A stretch of 55,785 bases of DNA, the filler included, from Dimargaris cristalligena (lineage: Eukaryota): the NCBI GenBank assembly GCA_003614675.1. It is 3 parts of 3 records of this genome, joined end to end, with 100 filler letters (N's around TTAATTAATTAA, not from the genome) between each part and the next. Parts side by side here need not be neighbours in the genome. Positions count along the whole stretch, not along the records: positions 1 to 18,564 come from ML002762.1; 2 more parts are not named here. One strand, given 5' to 3'. Position numbers and translations under genes: made by a program. The notes beneath the pieces are model-generated. The model made no database searches, was not told where the DNA came from, and saw nothing but the letters and a program-made list of their open reading frames with translations. Shown here one piece after another: positions 1 through 9,566 of this stretch. Position 1 is the first letter of the stretch. The number at the start of each line of letters is the position of its first letter.

Positions 1-1000
1 ATTCCTGCTCGACTCCCCTTTTAATTCATACTACCCAATTTATAGAACCGGCCCATTAGTACCCGTGTTAAGCCCCCCCTCCCATCCCCTTGAATAGGCA
101 TAGAGTGCCCCATTCACTTTTACTTCTGTTGTCCTCGCCGGTCTAATTGTACGCTGGTATTTTACTAACCAGCCTCCCCTCGGTAGTTAGCCACGTCGAA
201 TTTTACGTGTGCTCAATTTAAACGAGATAATATTGCGGACTACAGGCTAGGTGCATTTTTAATTTAGTTAACTAGTATATATTCCTTCTTGTGACACCCC
301 ATGGCCTTGTTGAATTATATGACTAAGTTGGCATTGTACCATAGCTTCCTTTAATGGCTACTTTTTGAAGTCCAGACTGTTGGCAACAAGCTTGGCCCAT
401 GATGGGCGAAGTGCCACTACATTTTGCATTATGTTTATGATTAGTACCATCTGACCTGCCTGTCCGAATGACGGTCTACCCTCGAGGCCTGTATGCTCGG
501 GAGATGTATCCGGCTTACATGTTCCGTTGGACCCCTTCCCTTCAAGTCTGGCGGTGAATACGAAGCCCGAGAAATCCTAATGTAGCCCGTAAGTCGAGTA
601 GGGTTACCAACGACGATAGTATTGAACAGGTACTTTTTAGATGTACGCTTACTAGCTTATGAATATGACAGGGAAGCCCTGGAGGCGTACTCTTGCCAGT
701 GGGCTCAGGCGACCGCCCGGATTTTGGGCAATCATCCTCGCCCCGCCGTTGTCATAGTTTGGTGGGTTAGCTGTGGCGTGTTTGTGGCCAAATAAAACCC
801 AACCACCTGTCAACAGTACTGATAAGCAATATACCACATTGGGTGGACTGAATGTCAAATCTTGCACTGTAACAGAGCTAGCAATTAGTGGTCGAGTGAA
901 TTGGTGTGGGACTATTGACTGGATGTCTGGGATGCGTCAAAACAAAGTAATTGGTTTAGGTTTCCCGCTAATCCCGTCAACTTGAATTTAGTGGTGTAGG

Positions 1001-1142
1001 ATATGGCAGAAGTTCATCCAGGCTGTATAATGAATAATCCATTTGATGAGGTAACTATTACTTGTCAAAAGGTATTCTCCCATGTTATCCCATACACATA
1101 TTGTGTAAAATCTTATACAGTTGGGTTGAAGTTCACCCATAT
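1001..1142. mobile_element. ~142-bp MITE-like element, copy 1 (opposite orientation to copies 2 and 3)
   Basis: Imperfect ~30-bp terminal inverted repeats (atatggcagaagttcatccaggctgtataa ... ttatacagttgggttgaagttcacccatat). Aligns end to end with the reverse complement of 6404-6545. Confidence 0.7.
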
Positions 1143-1745
1143 GCTTTAATGAATAAACAGGTGAGCTGGCGTTTGGAGAAGGGGAGGGAGGGGAAATAGA
1201 AGCGGACAAACTGAAGTCCGTTTGGTGGGGGGTATATAGTCTATAAAGAAAGTGCGTGGAAGAGAGGCCAAGAACGTATGGGCAAATTCGGGAGTTTGAA
1301 AAATAGAGAGACGTAAGCAAATGGACAGGGTACGGAGTGGGGCTAGTCCGTCAACCCATCATTTGGTGTGTGTGTGTGTAGGTAGGGGAGGTAAACGGCG
1401 TCAATGACATGATTGCAATAGGAAACTTATCGAATGTGCACTTTCGGGTATCAAGTCAATATCGAAAGAACAAAAATTGAAAAGATGAAAAGCCTGGAAT
1501 TCGCTCAACCTAAAAATGCCGACTACGAGTATAATATTAATGATAACGTTAGTGGGATTTATGTCTCCCTCATAAGCATCAAAATGAACAGTCGGGAAGT
1601 GACGATGCGGCTTCAATTCACCTCCCCCGGTGGTAAGCTTAGTCGTCGGGGGGATATAGTAGAGTAAGACGCGAAATGGGGGCAGTGACGCGAAAGTGCA
1701 GATGGTAATAATAATAATAATACGAATAATGACGATTGTGGGTAT

Positions 1746-2852
1746 TTAATTATACCGCTCGGTCAACACTAATTCCTTTTGCATATCGCGAAGCATTCTC
1801 AAGGCGACGTCTTCCTCGTTATCCTCGTCTATGGTCACATTCAGTTGGTTATCCTTGGTCAACGTCTGGAGCGACTGAGCCGCGGCGGCAGCGGCAGCCA
1901 CTCGATGGGGGTCGTTAAAAGTTTGGATGACTTCCGAGGGCAGTTCGAGTTCCTCCAGGCTATTGACGACGGGCACCGATACCGACGAGGTACGGCGGAG
2001 CGAGGGGGTGGGGTTAAGGGCCTGGTGCTCACCGACCAAAACGGACGGGGACACGGTGGAGGAGAAGGAGGGAGGGGGGGAGGGGGACGAATCCATGGAC
2101 ACCCGGGATGAGAGGATCTGGTAGTACGAAGTCGGACTGGCCTTCAGCGACGGTTCGGCAAACTCGTCCACCCCACCGGCCACGTAAGAGTCACTCGACT
2201 GGTCGGTAATGGTACGCTCCATGGCCATGGCCACGGGGGCGTTGTCCAGGGGTAGAGCGGAGGCATGGCGGTTGAGCGGCGGGGAGAATTCGGGCGAGGC
2301 CGGCGTGTTACCCAGCTGCTTTTCCTCCTCCACCAACTCGGGCAAAGGGCTCATGGGTACCGGTGGCTCGGGCTCTGGGTTGGACTCGGGTTCCACAACC
2401 GGTGACTTTTCCAACACTTCTTCTACCTGCACTGGTTTTTTTTCTTCTTCTTTTTTGATTTCCGGCACGGGAGCAGAAGGGGCGGGGACAGGAAGAGCCG
2501 CCGGGGAGGCCACCACCGGTTGGGGCCTGAGCTTAGCCGGCGGCGGCGAAACAGCACGGGCGGGGGGAGGAGGGGAGGACGCCCGCGTAAAGGCCGAACT
2601 AGCGGCGACAGTCGTCGGAGTGAGGTTACGACTGTGTCCGGGGCTGCTATGGTCAGACACGGACAGGGAGCGGGCCTTATTAGCCACCTCGCCCTCAGGC
2701 TCAACACCCAGTTTATTGAAGCGACTGATGAGGTCGCTGGCCCTGCTGGACTGTTTGTTAATGACCTCACGGGCCCGGCGGGTTACTTCATTTTCTTTGC
2801 GGTCGGGCGACTTGGAGAAACGGTCGACCAGGGCGGAGACTTTTCCAGGCAT
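1746..2852 (-). CDS. Hypothetical 368-aa Pro/Ser/Glu-rich, probably disordered protein
   Basis: Single uninterrupted ORF with ATG in a CA-rich context (accactATG) and coding-like GC. PxxP-rich; no recognisable folded domain. Confidence 0.8.
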   Translation of the reverse strand: MPGKVSALVDRFSKSPDRKENEVTRRAREVINKQSSRASDLISRFNKLGVEPEGEVANKARSLSVSDHSSPGHSRNLTPTTVAASSAFTRASSPPPPARAVSPPPAKLRPQPVVASPAALPVPAPSAPVPEIKKEEEKKPVQVEEVLEKSPVVEPESNPEPEPPVPMSPLPELVEEEKQLGNTPASPEFSPPLNRHASALPLDNAPVAMAMERTITDQSSDSYVAGGVDEFAEPSLKASPTSYYQILSSRVSMDSSPSPPPSFSSTVSPSVLVGEHQALNPTPSLRRTSSVSVPVVNSLEELELPSEVIQTFNDPHRVAAAAAAAQSLQTLTKDNQLNVTIDEDNEEDVALRMLRDMQKELVLTERYN

Positions 2853-4345
2853 AGTGGTGGTGGTGAATGGGCTTGGGTGAGGTAGAAGAAGCTACGGAAA
2901 GTGGGATATGGGATAGACACAGGAGTACGAAAAGTCAAGGGTGACGGGAGGTCGTTATAAGGGAAACCAGGCCGAGATGGGCAGCTATTTGGGGAAAGAC
3001 GGGCGGAGTTTCGTTAGGCGTAATGGTCGAATAGAGAGGAACAATCAAGAAAAATATGCAGGGTGAAGTTAAGACTTGGGAACATTTTATAAAGAGAACG
3101 AGTGCATACGCCGGGCAGGTGGGAGAGTCTTGGGAGAGAGGTGGCTGGGCAAATGCTATATCCGGACAGCGGAGAGAGTGGTAAAGTAAAGGAGCCCCCG
3201 CCAGTCGGAATTCTAGAAAGCCCTCCCCTCCCTCCTCCTTCCCCGTCTAATGGTCAAGTGGGAATGATCCGGTGGGGGTCCGTTCCACCCAGCTGCCAAG
3301 CAAGCCCCCTTCCCGCAACCCCGTGCCCGTATACCTGCCTGACCGTGCGTCGGCTCCCCGATACGGCCATGATAGTAGTGGGGGGTGTATCCGATAGCGC
3401 GGAATTAAACAGTAGAGTATCTATCTAGTGGATGAGGAGGTGCCGCTTACCTGAATATTCGGAAAAAGCATAAACCCTATGTATTTCGAATAAACCCATT
3501 AAAAAGTAGTACTTAATAAACCAAAGTCGGCCAACGGGCGATGCACTCCCAGCATTATAAGTACTAGTGGAGTGGGTGTATTTGGGAATAAATAGGCAAG
3601 TGTCAGTGATGCCTTGATAATGGAGAAAAGGGGAAGATCCCCTCAACTCCACTGACTGTCCGTTGCTGGGGTTAGGGTAGAGCAGGCTCCCTTTCTCATT
3701 GACCCATTCCTCCCCCCTTTATTTGAACACACCACCCCCCTGCTGACACCCACTGTCCTTACCAAGTGGCTTTTCATGAGTCCGAATGAATAGCTTAGGA
3801 ATGAAGGTGCCATTCTTACATGGGTCGGCATAATATGGTCTATAAATAATCCCCAAGGTCTGGGCTCCATCGCACCCTTATACCACATAGCCTTAGGGCA
3901 AGGGAGGGGATACATTGAGCCAGTGCATCCATCCTAATGTGGAGCTGTATCGTAAATGAAGCTCCCTTTAGGCACCTTCCTAGCGCATTTCATACAATAC
4001 CTATCTGGTATGCTCCCTGTTCCTATTATATCGCTCATAACCAATATCCCAGACCCAAAGAACTCGAGCAGCCTCCGCGAAACCGTGGAGCTGCAGGTCG
4101 CAGCTCAATGTCTCGTCAAACCTGGGCGGTAGATTGGTGTAGCCTGGCTCGCTGCCATCCACTTCGCATCTCCTTGTACCCAACTCCTCGGTAGTCTACA
4201 ACATAAAACCATGCCTAAATAATTGAATACATCATTATTATTATTGATAATATGACTACAATTTACACCACCTATCCATACCAACTCTATAAATTATAAC
4301 ACTTCCACCGCCACTTCGCCTTGCTATCATTAATCCCATATTAGC

Positions 4346-6203
4346 CTACTCCCCCCTCCCATGGGTATCTAAGGTAAAGCCCTTGAGGTTTCCCCCGTTT
4401 GAAAGCCGCGCCAATTGATGATCTGCCGGTTCGATTAAGATGTTGTCGGCTTTAATATGACCGCCCAGGACCTGCTGGTGGATAACTGCCTCGGTGTAGG
4501 CCGACCTTGGACCATGTAGCTTACCCGAATTCTCGTCTGGCCCGCTCTTCGAGATGAATTGCCGAAGCCAGGTCGAGTAGAATTCGGCAAACCAGGGGTT
4601 ACGTCGGGCCACTCGGGCGGGTACAAAGGGCCCGTGATCCAGCAGCCATAGCCTTTGTTCGGAGGAGGGACGTGCTGGTCCGGTGGAAACCGAGACCGTC
4701 TTCGGGCCCTTGTCTAGTATGGGTCGAAGGTAGTGGTCGATTAAGAACCGACTAAGCTGACCTGCCGCCTCCAATCCCAGGGGTCTCCTTAGCCCCGTAT
4801 ATGTGCTACTATTAGTAGGTGCAGTAGCAGGTGTCCACCAGAGAAGGGCCAGTATATATTGCTATATAAAGAATAGAATACATATAGCCATAATATGTCC
4901 GTAAAAAGTTGATAAGTATCTTATTACCACATTATATTGGGATAGAAGGTATTTTACAGACCTATTTCGAAACATGTCCATAGAGCAAAAACCAAAAAAA
5001 AAAAAAAAAAGACATGACCTACCTGTCCGGTTGAATCCATGGGGCGCACCAGTGCGTCAATATAGCCAACTATAAACTGATTTGCACGACTATAGTCGCT
5101 AAAATCGCCCATTGAATCTATGTATTTATGTTGCAACCCGGCGGCCATTGCCTGGGTCACCAGCAATGCAATATCCCATTGATTTTTGGCAGCCAACGAC
5201 TCACCTGAAATATTCGGATTTTCTGAGGTTGTAAATCGGCAAATAGAATATGGCAAAATCTTTAGGGATGATTGATTGTAATTGTATGTGAATATATATG
5301 GGTGGAATTCAGTGCAGATGTATAAGGTTTTGGATACTACGCGTATGGGAAAGTATACGAGAGATCCATTATTAACCAGTGGTTTTTGCCTCATCCAACG
5401 GATTTATCGTTATACAGTCTGGTTGAACCTTTCCCATATATATATATATATACGGATATTACATTTTTACTTTGATCGAAAACCGCCCACAAAAACTCAT
5501 GGACTTGTGGACTGCTTAGTCACCATAAACAACACATACCTTCGTCGGGCAGGCTGTCATCCACTACTATTGTACTTTGATCGGTATCCAGATCTTCCAC
5601 CATTTGACTTACAATATCAAGGACCGAAGCACTTTGCCCGCCGTCCCACCTATCGGCTGCTTCTGAATCAGAGAAACCCAACAATCGGGGATTACCTGGG
5701 TGGGATACTGAACCAAAATTATTAGTATCGCCTATCGAGCTAGTGGTGCAGGTAGTCGTCTCCCCAGAGGGTTTCCCATTACCATTACCATTACAATGAC
5801 ATAATATACCAGGAAAGGCCTGTATAATTTGGATATAAATGTCCGCGGAAATATACACATTGGATAGCAAGGTCGACAAAAACGAAGTCCCCGCCTGTCG
5901 GAGTTGGTCTAGCGAGGGCAACGCGGCCTTCGGATAGGCGGTAGTTAGGTCGACGGTATTACTGTCCCTATTATCTAAGGGATCATTAAGGACGGGTTCC
6001 CCAGTAAGATAATGGTATAGGTCTTGTTGTTGAGCCCCCGTGGTAGTAGTGGTGGTGGTGAAGGTCTGGGCTACATGACGGCAGGTCGCTTCGAATCGGC
6101 GGATGTCGTGCATCGACCAATGCCGGGCTTGGCTGGTGCGGGCTTGGGTTAGTAGGTCCAATACATCGGCGAGCTGGGCTACCAAGGGGTCGGGTGAGGC
6201 CAT
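4346..6203 (-). CDS. Spliced ~453-aa protein, FANCF-like (Fanconi anaemia group F); 3' end uncertain
   Basis: Exons 6203-5540, 5204-5023 and 4861-4346 join in frame via GT-AG introns (gtatgt..ttcag; gtaggt..tatag). The N-terminal LVAQLADVLDLLTQARTSQARHWSMHDIRR, the segment LPSLDQLRQAGTSFLSTLLSN and the later ARVARRNPWFAEFYSTWL resemble FANCF motifs as recalled from memory. Alternative donors near 4524 or 4349 could splice to an acceptor at ~4196. Confidence 0.6.
5296..5439. mobile_element. ~144-bp MITE-like element, copy 2 (in intron 1 of the FANCF-like gene)
   Basis: atatgggtggaattcagtgcagatgtataa ... ttatacagtctggttgaacctttcccatat. Colinear with 6404-6545 and flanked by (TA)n. Confidence 0.7.
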
Positions 6204-6403
6204 GGCAAAGCAAGGGAAAACAATTAGAGAACGCGGTGTAGTGGCAACGCCGCAATAAAGAATGGGACAAGGTAAAATTGGTCGAGGTTGGTCACTACTG
6301 AAAGAACCGGGAGGAAAGTAGATGCGACAGGGGCAGGCAATGGGTGCCACACGGAATCGAAAGCCAAAGGAATGGCGGACATGTGATAAAAAGGGAAAGT
6401 TGA

Positions 6404-6545
6404 ATATGGGTGAAATTCGGCCCAGCTGTATAAGGTTTTAAATGATGTGTATGGGATAATGTATGGGAGATTTATTTTCAACCAGTAATATTTGCTTCAT
6501 CCAATGGATTTTTCGCTATACAGCTCGGTTGAACCTCTCCCATAT
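6404..6545. mobile_element. ~142-bp MITE-like element, copy 3 (upstream of the FANCF-like gene)
   Basis: TIRs atatgggtgaaattcggcccagctgtata / tatacagctcggttgaacctctcccatat, with 23 of 29 positions Watson-Crick paired by hand count. Confidence 0.72.
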
Positions 6546-6891
6546 GGTTCTGGGTGTTTTTTTTTTACAGTTCCATATTATCTCAGTGGTTTCTACCCTT
6601 TTTTTGTAGTGAGCTCGGTCGGCATATACCTCTCTCTCTCTCTCCCCGACAATTCCTAAGGACTATTGTCTATTTTTACATTTTCCATGTAGCACTATAT
6701 AACGCACCATACAAACACAATAGCCAAAAATGGCCAACAAATCGGGTATTTATTAAATAAATAATAAGAGCAGGCGCGCTTTATATTATTGGATTAGTAG
6801 ACCCTTTGTGGATCATAAAAATATAGCCGTAGCCAAGTAAAGGTGGCGCGTTGGATGAGTGGAAACAAATAAACAAAATAAAAAATAGGTA

Positions 6892-8037
6892 TTAAGTACG
6901 TTTGTAATTTGTGTCTTTATCCTGTCCCAGATTGCCGGCCACGCTAGCGGCCACTTCCACCGTCCGTGCCAGAGTGGAGCGAATTTTCCCGTCTTCCATA
7001 GTCAGCAGCCCCGCGATGGTACACCCCGCCGGAGTGGTTACCAGGTCCTTTAAAGCGGCGGGATGGATGGCCGTTTGCAGGGCCATGCGAGCGGTGCCCT
7101 GGAGGACTTGGGCGGCGAGTTCATACGCTACGTCGCGCGGCAACCCCATCATGACACCACCATCGGCCAATGATTCGAGAATCACGCAAATAAAGGCGGG
7201 GCCGCTAGCCGCCAAACCCGTGGCGGCATTGATGTGTTTCTCTTCCAAGGCCCGGCACCGACCGAGAATGGTAAAGACCTGGGTGGCAAAGTCAGTGTAA
7301 GTGGAGGGCGTATCGGGGTTCCAGCAGAGGATGGTCATGCCTTCGCGGATCTGGCAGGGGGTATTGGGCATGGCCCGGATTACATTGGTGCCAGAAGGGA
7401 CCCAGCCGTGGAGCTGCTTCAGAGTGACTCCAGCACAAACACTGATAAGTAGTTTGGGACTAGAGGCCAGAGCGGCAGCCACTCCGGGCGACTCGAGCAC
7501 TTCACGGGCCTTTTGGGGTTTACAGCTACAATGTCGGGATCGGATAATAACATGATGAGAGATGGCCAGGTATTATTAATAGGAAAGCGATGGTCAGCTC
7601 CAAACACACTGATCTGGTCCAGCATGTGATTATACGTATTAGGATATCCGCTATTTGAAAGCCATGCTAGTCCAGGGTAGTGTAGTTACCCTCAAGTAGA
7701 GATCGATTATAAGATTCGATTGCATCGTAAGGGGAGTGTGGCCGGAGAACGGGGGTTCCTACCATAAAAAGATCACGTCTGCTTCCTTGATTACGCTGGC
7801 GTTGTTAACGTGTGACACAACCTTGACTTTGCTGCCATAGCAAGTTTTGAGGCGCTGGACTGACTCTTCTCGAATGACCGTGGCCCAGACCTCTGCTGGA
7901 CGGGGTAGAGTATCGCCGGGGATGGGCTTCTCCGGCAACTCGGCCAGACGAGCAAAGAGCCCATCAATGATGACTCGGCCCATAGTGCCACAGCCGATAA
8001 AGGCCAGTTTCGGGGCGTTTAGAAGCCCGCGGGTCAT
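6892..8037 (-). CDS. PRO3: Pyrroline-5-carboxylate reductase (302 aa, 2 exons)
   Basis: Exons 8037-7763 and 7525-6892. Rossmann motif AFIGCGTMG; VIFLCCKPQ across the splice junction; ISVCAGV, RAMPNTP, ASGPAF and LKDLVTTPAGCTIAGL motifs. Confidence 0.96.
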
Positions 8038-9566
8038 GGCCGAAGAGTAGTGGAGGGGGTAAAGTAAGTAAAGAGGCGGGGTGAGGGAGGGCCAGGAATC
8101 GCGGTGGATACTAAAAAGAGAGAAGCAGGAGGGAAAGAGAAGGGGCAGGTTGGGCGAGAAAGCCAGTAGGTATATATAGCTGGAGGTGGTGGTGAATCAT
8201 TTGTCGAAAGAGCATACATTTGTGTGTGACCGGGAGGAGAGATGTGGGACATTGATTACATGCGCCTTACTATGTTATCTAGATGGCAATAATGCCAAAC
8301 TGCAGTCACGGTGATTCGATGGCAGTGATTAGAAAGGTGGATCAGCGCCTCTTTTGTAGTTAGGGTTAACCCACTGCATACATGTTGGTAGAGTCACAAA
8401 TCTATTGGACACGTGGACACCCCCCACTCGCCCATTGTTTATAGGACTAACTGCTACCCCTTGGAATGGTTGCGGAGCATTAGGGAATAAGCTAATATGA
8501 TATATATGGCCAGAGTGCAGCGAACACGGGTTTCTCCCCTGACGAAAAGTTAATATTTTGTCCCATTTACTCCCACCGGGAATAATAGACTGGTAGAGTA
8601 GTGCTCTGGTCGCTGGTTCGATACAGGCAGAATACCCTCCTCTTCTTAGCGTCAGCCAAGCCCTGCCGCTGCCTTTTTACTATGCCAGCCTATACTAAAC
8701 TAAGCGGCATTCCCTTGGTCAGCGGCACTTCCATCCATACAGCAAGCAAGTGAGTGACAGCCCAAAGAAAGAACCCATCTACGCATGGTTGAACACATTA
8801 CTCTCTATTTACCCTCAACAGCATTAGTCCACATTTTCTTATAGTGAGCGAGACCCTTCAACTTCTTTATTCCATTCCATTTCTTCCCATACACTATTGT
8901 CTAGTTCTTGTACACCCTTTCCTTATTCCCGTACAGAGTTTCTGAGTCCTTTTCGCCTCACTACCCGTGTTCCCCGCCTGGTTGGCCACTTACTTAGTTT
9001 TGCCCCCACCCTTTCCGGACACGCTCTCCCTTCTCTTTCTTGCTTCGCCGACGCGTTTTTCGCACCGTGTTTGCTCCCGTCACCCAGCCCCTGCGTGACC
9101 CAGTACGTGACGCACTGTTTTTTCCAGTTTCTTTGCGCCTCGTACCAAACCCTCGTTTCGGGCCCACATCATCGCACATTGATCCTTATTTCTTCTTTTC
9201 CTTCTACTTCTTGTTTTACCTAATAGCTGTTGTTATTCTCTTCTATATTTCGCATCCTCTATATATTTGAACCCCGCCTGTATAATAGACAAGTTGCACA
9301 CTGAACCCCACTTCGTCACCTCATCGTCACACCCACCAGCCACTTAGCTACGCGCATTGTTTTGGCCTTTATCCGATTGAACCACTCTTTTTAGTGGGCT
9401 TGCATCCAGCGACTATAATCAACCGCCATTGGCTAGACTTGACAGCCCCCCCTAACTCCGTAATATCTAGAACCTTCCTTCTATAGGTTATAATTCCCAG
9501 AGACCACCTCCCCATTGCCCAATAATAGTAGTCGCCTACCCGGTGTGCGTCTCTTTTCCCCCACGC

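Noticed and set aside
4400-4480. Kinase-like string GHIKADNILIE...LARLSNG in the last exon of the FANCF-like model
   Set aside because: No catalytic Asp, no DFG and no other kinase subdomains. The segment may even be intronic, given the GTAAGC donor at ~4524.
8577-8632. tRNA-like words (TGGTAGAG and GGTTCGATAC) between PRO3 and the bromodomain gene
   Set aside because: No anticodon arm and no acceptor-stem pairing. Isolated B-box-like words (also at ~36304) are expected by chance.
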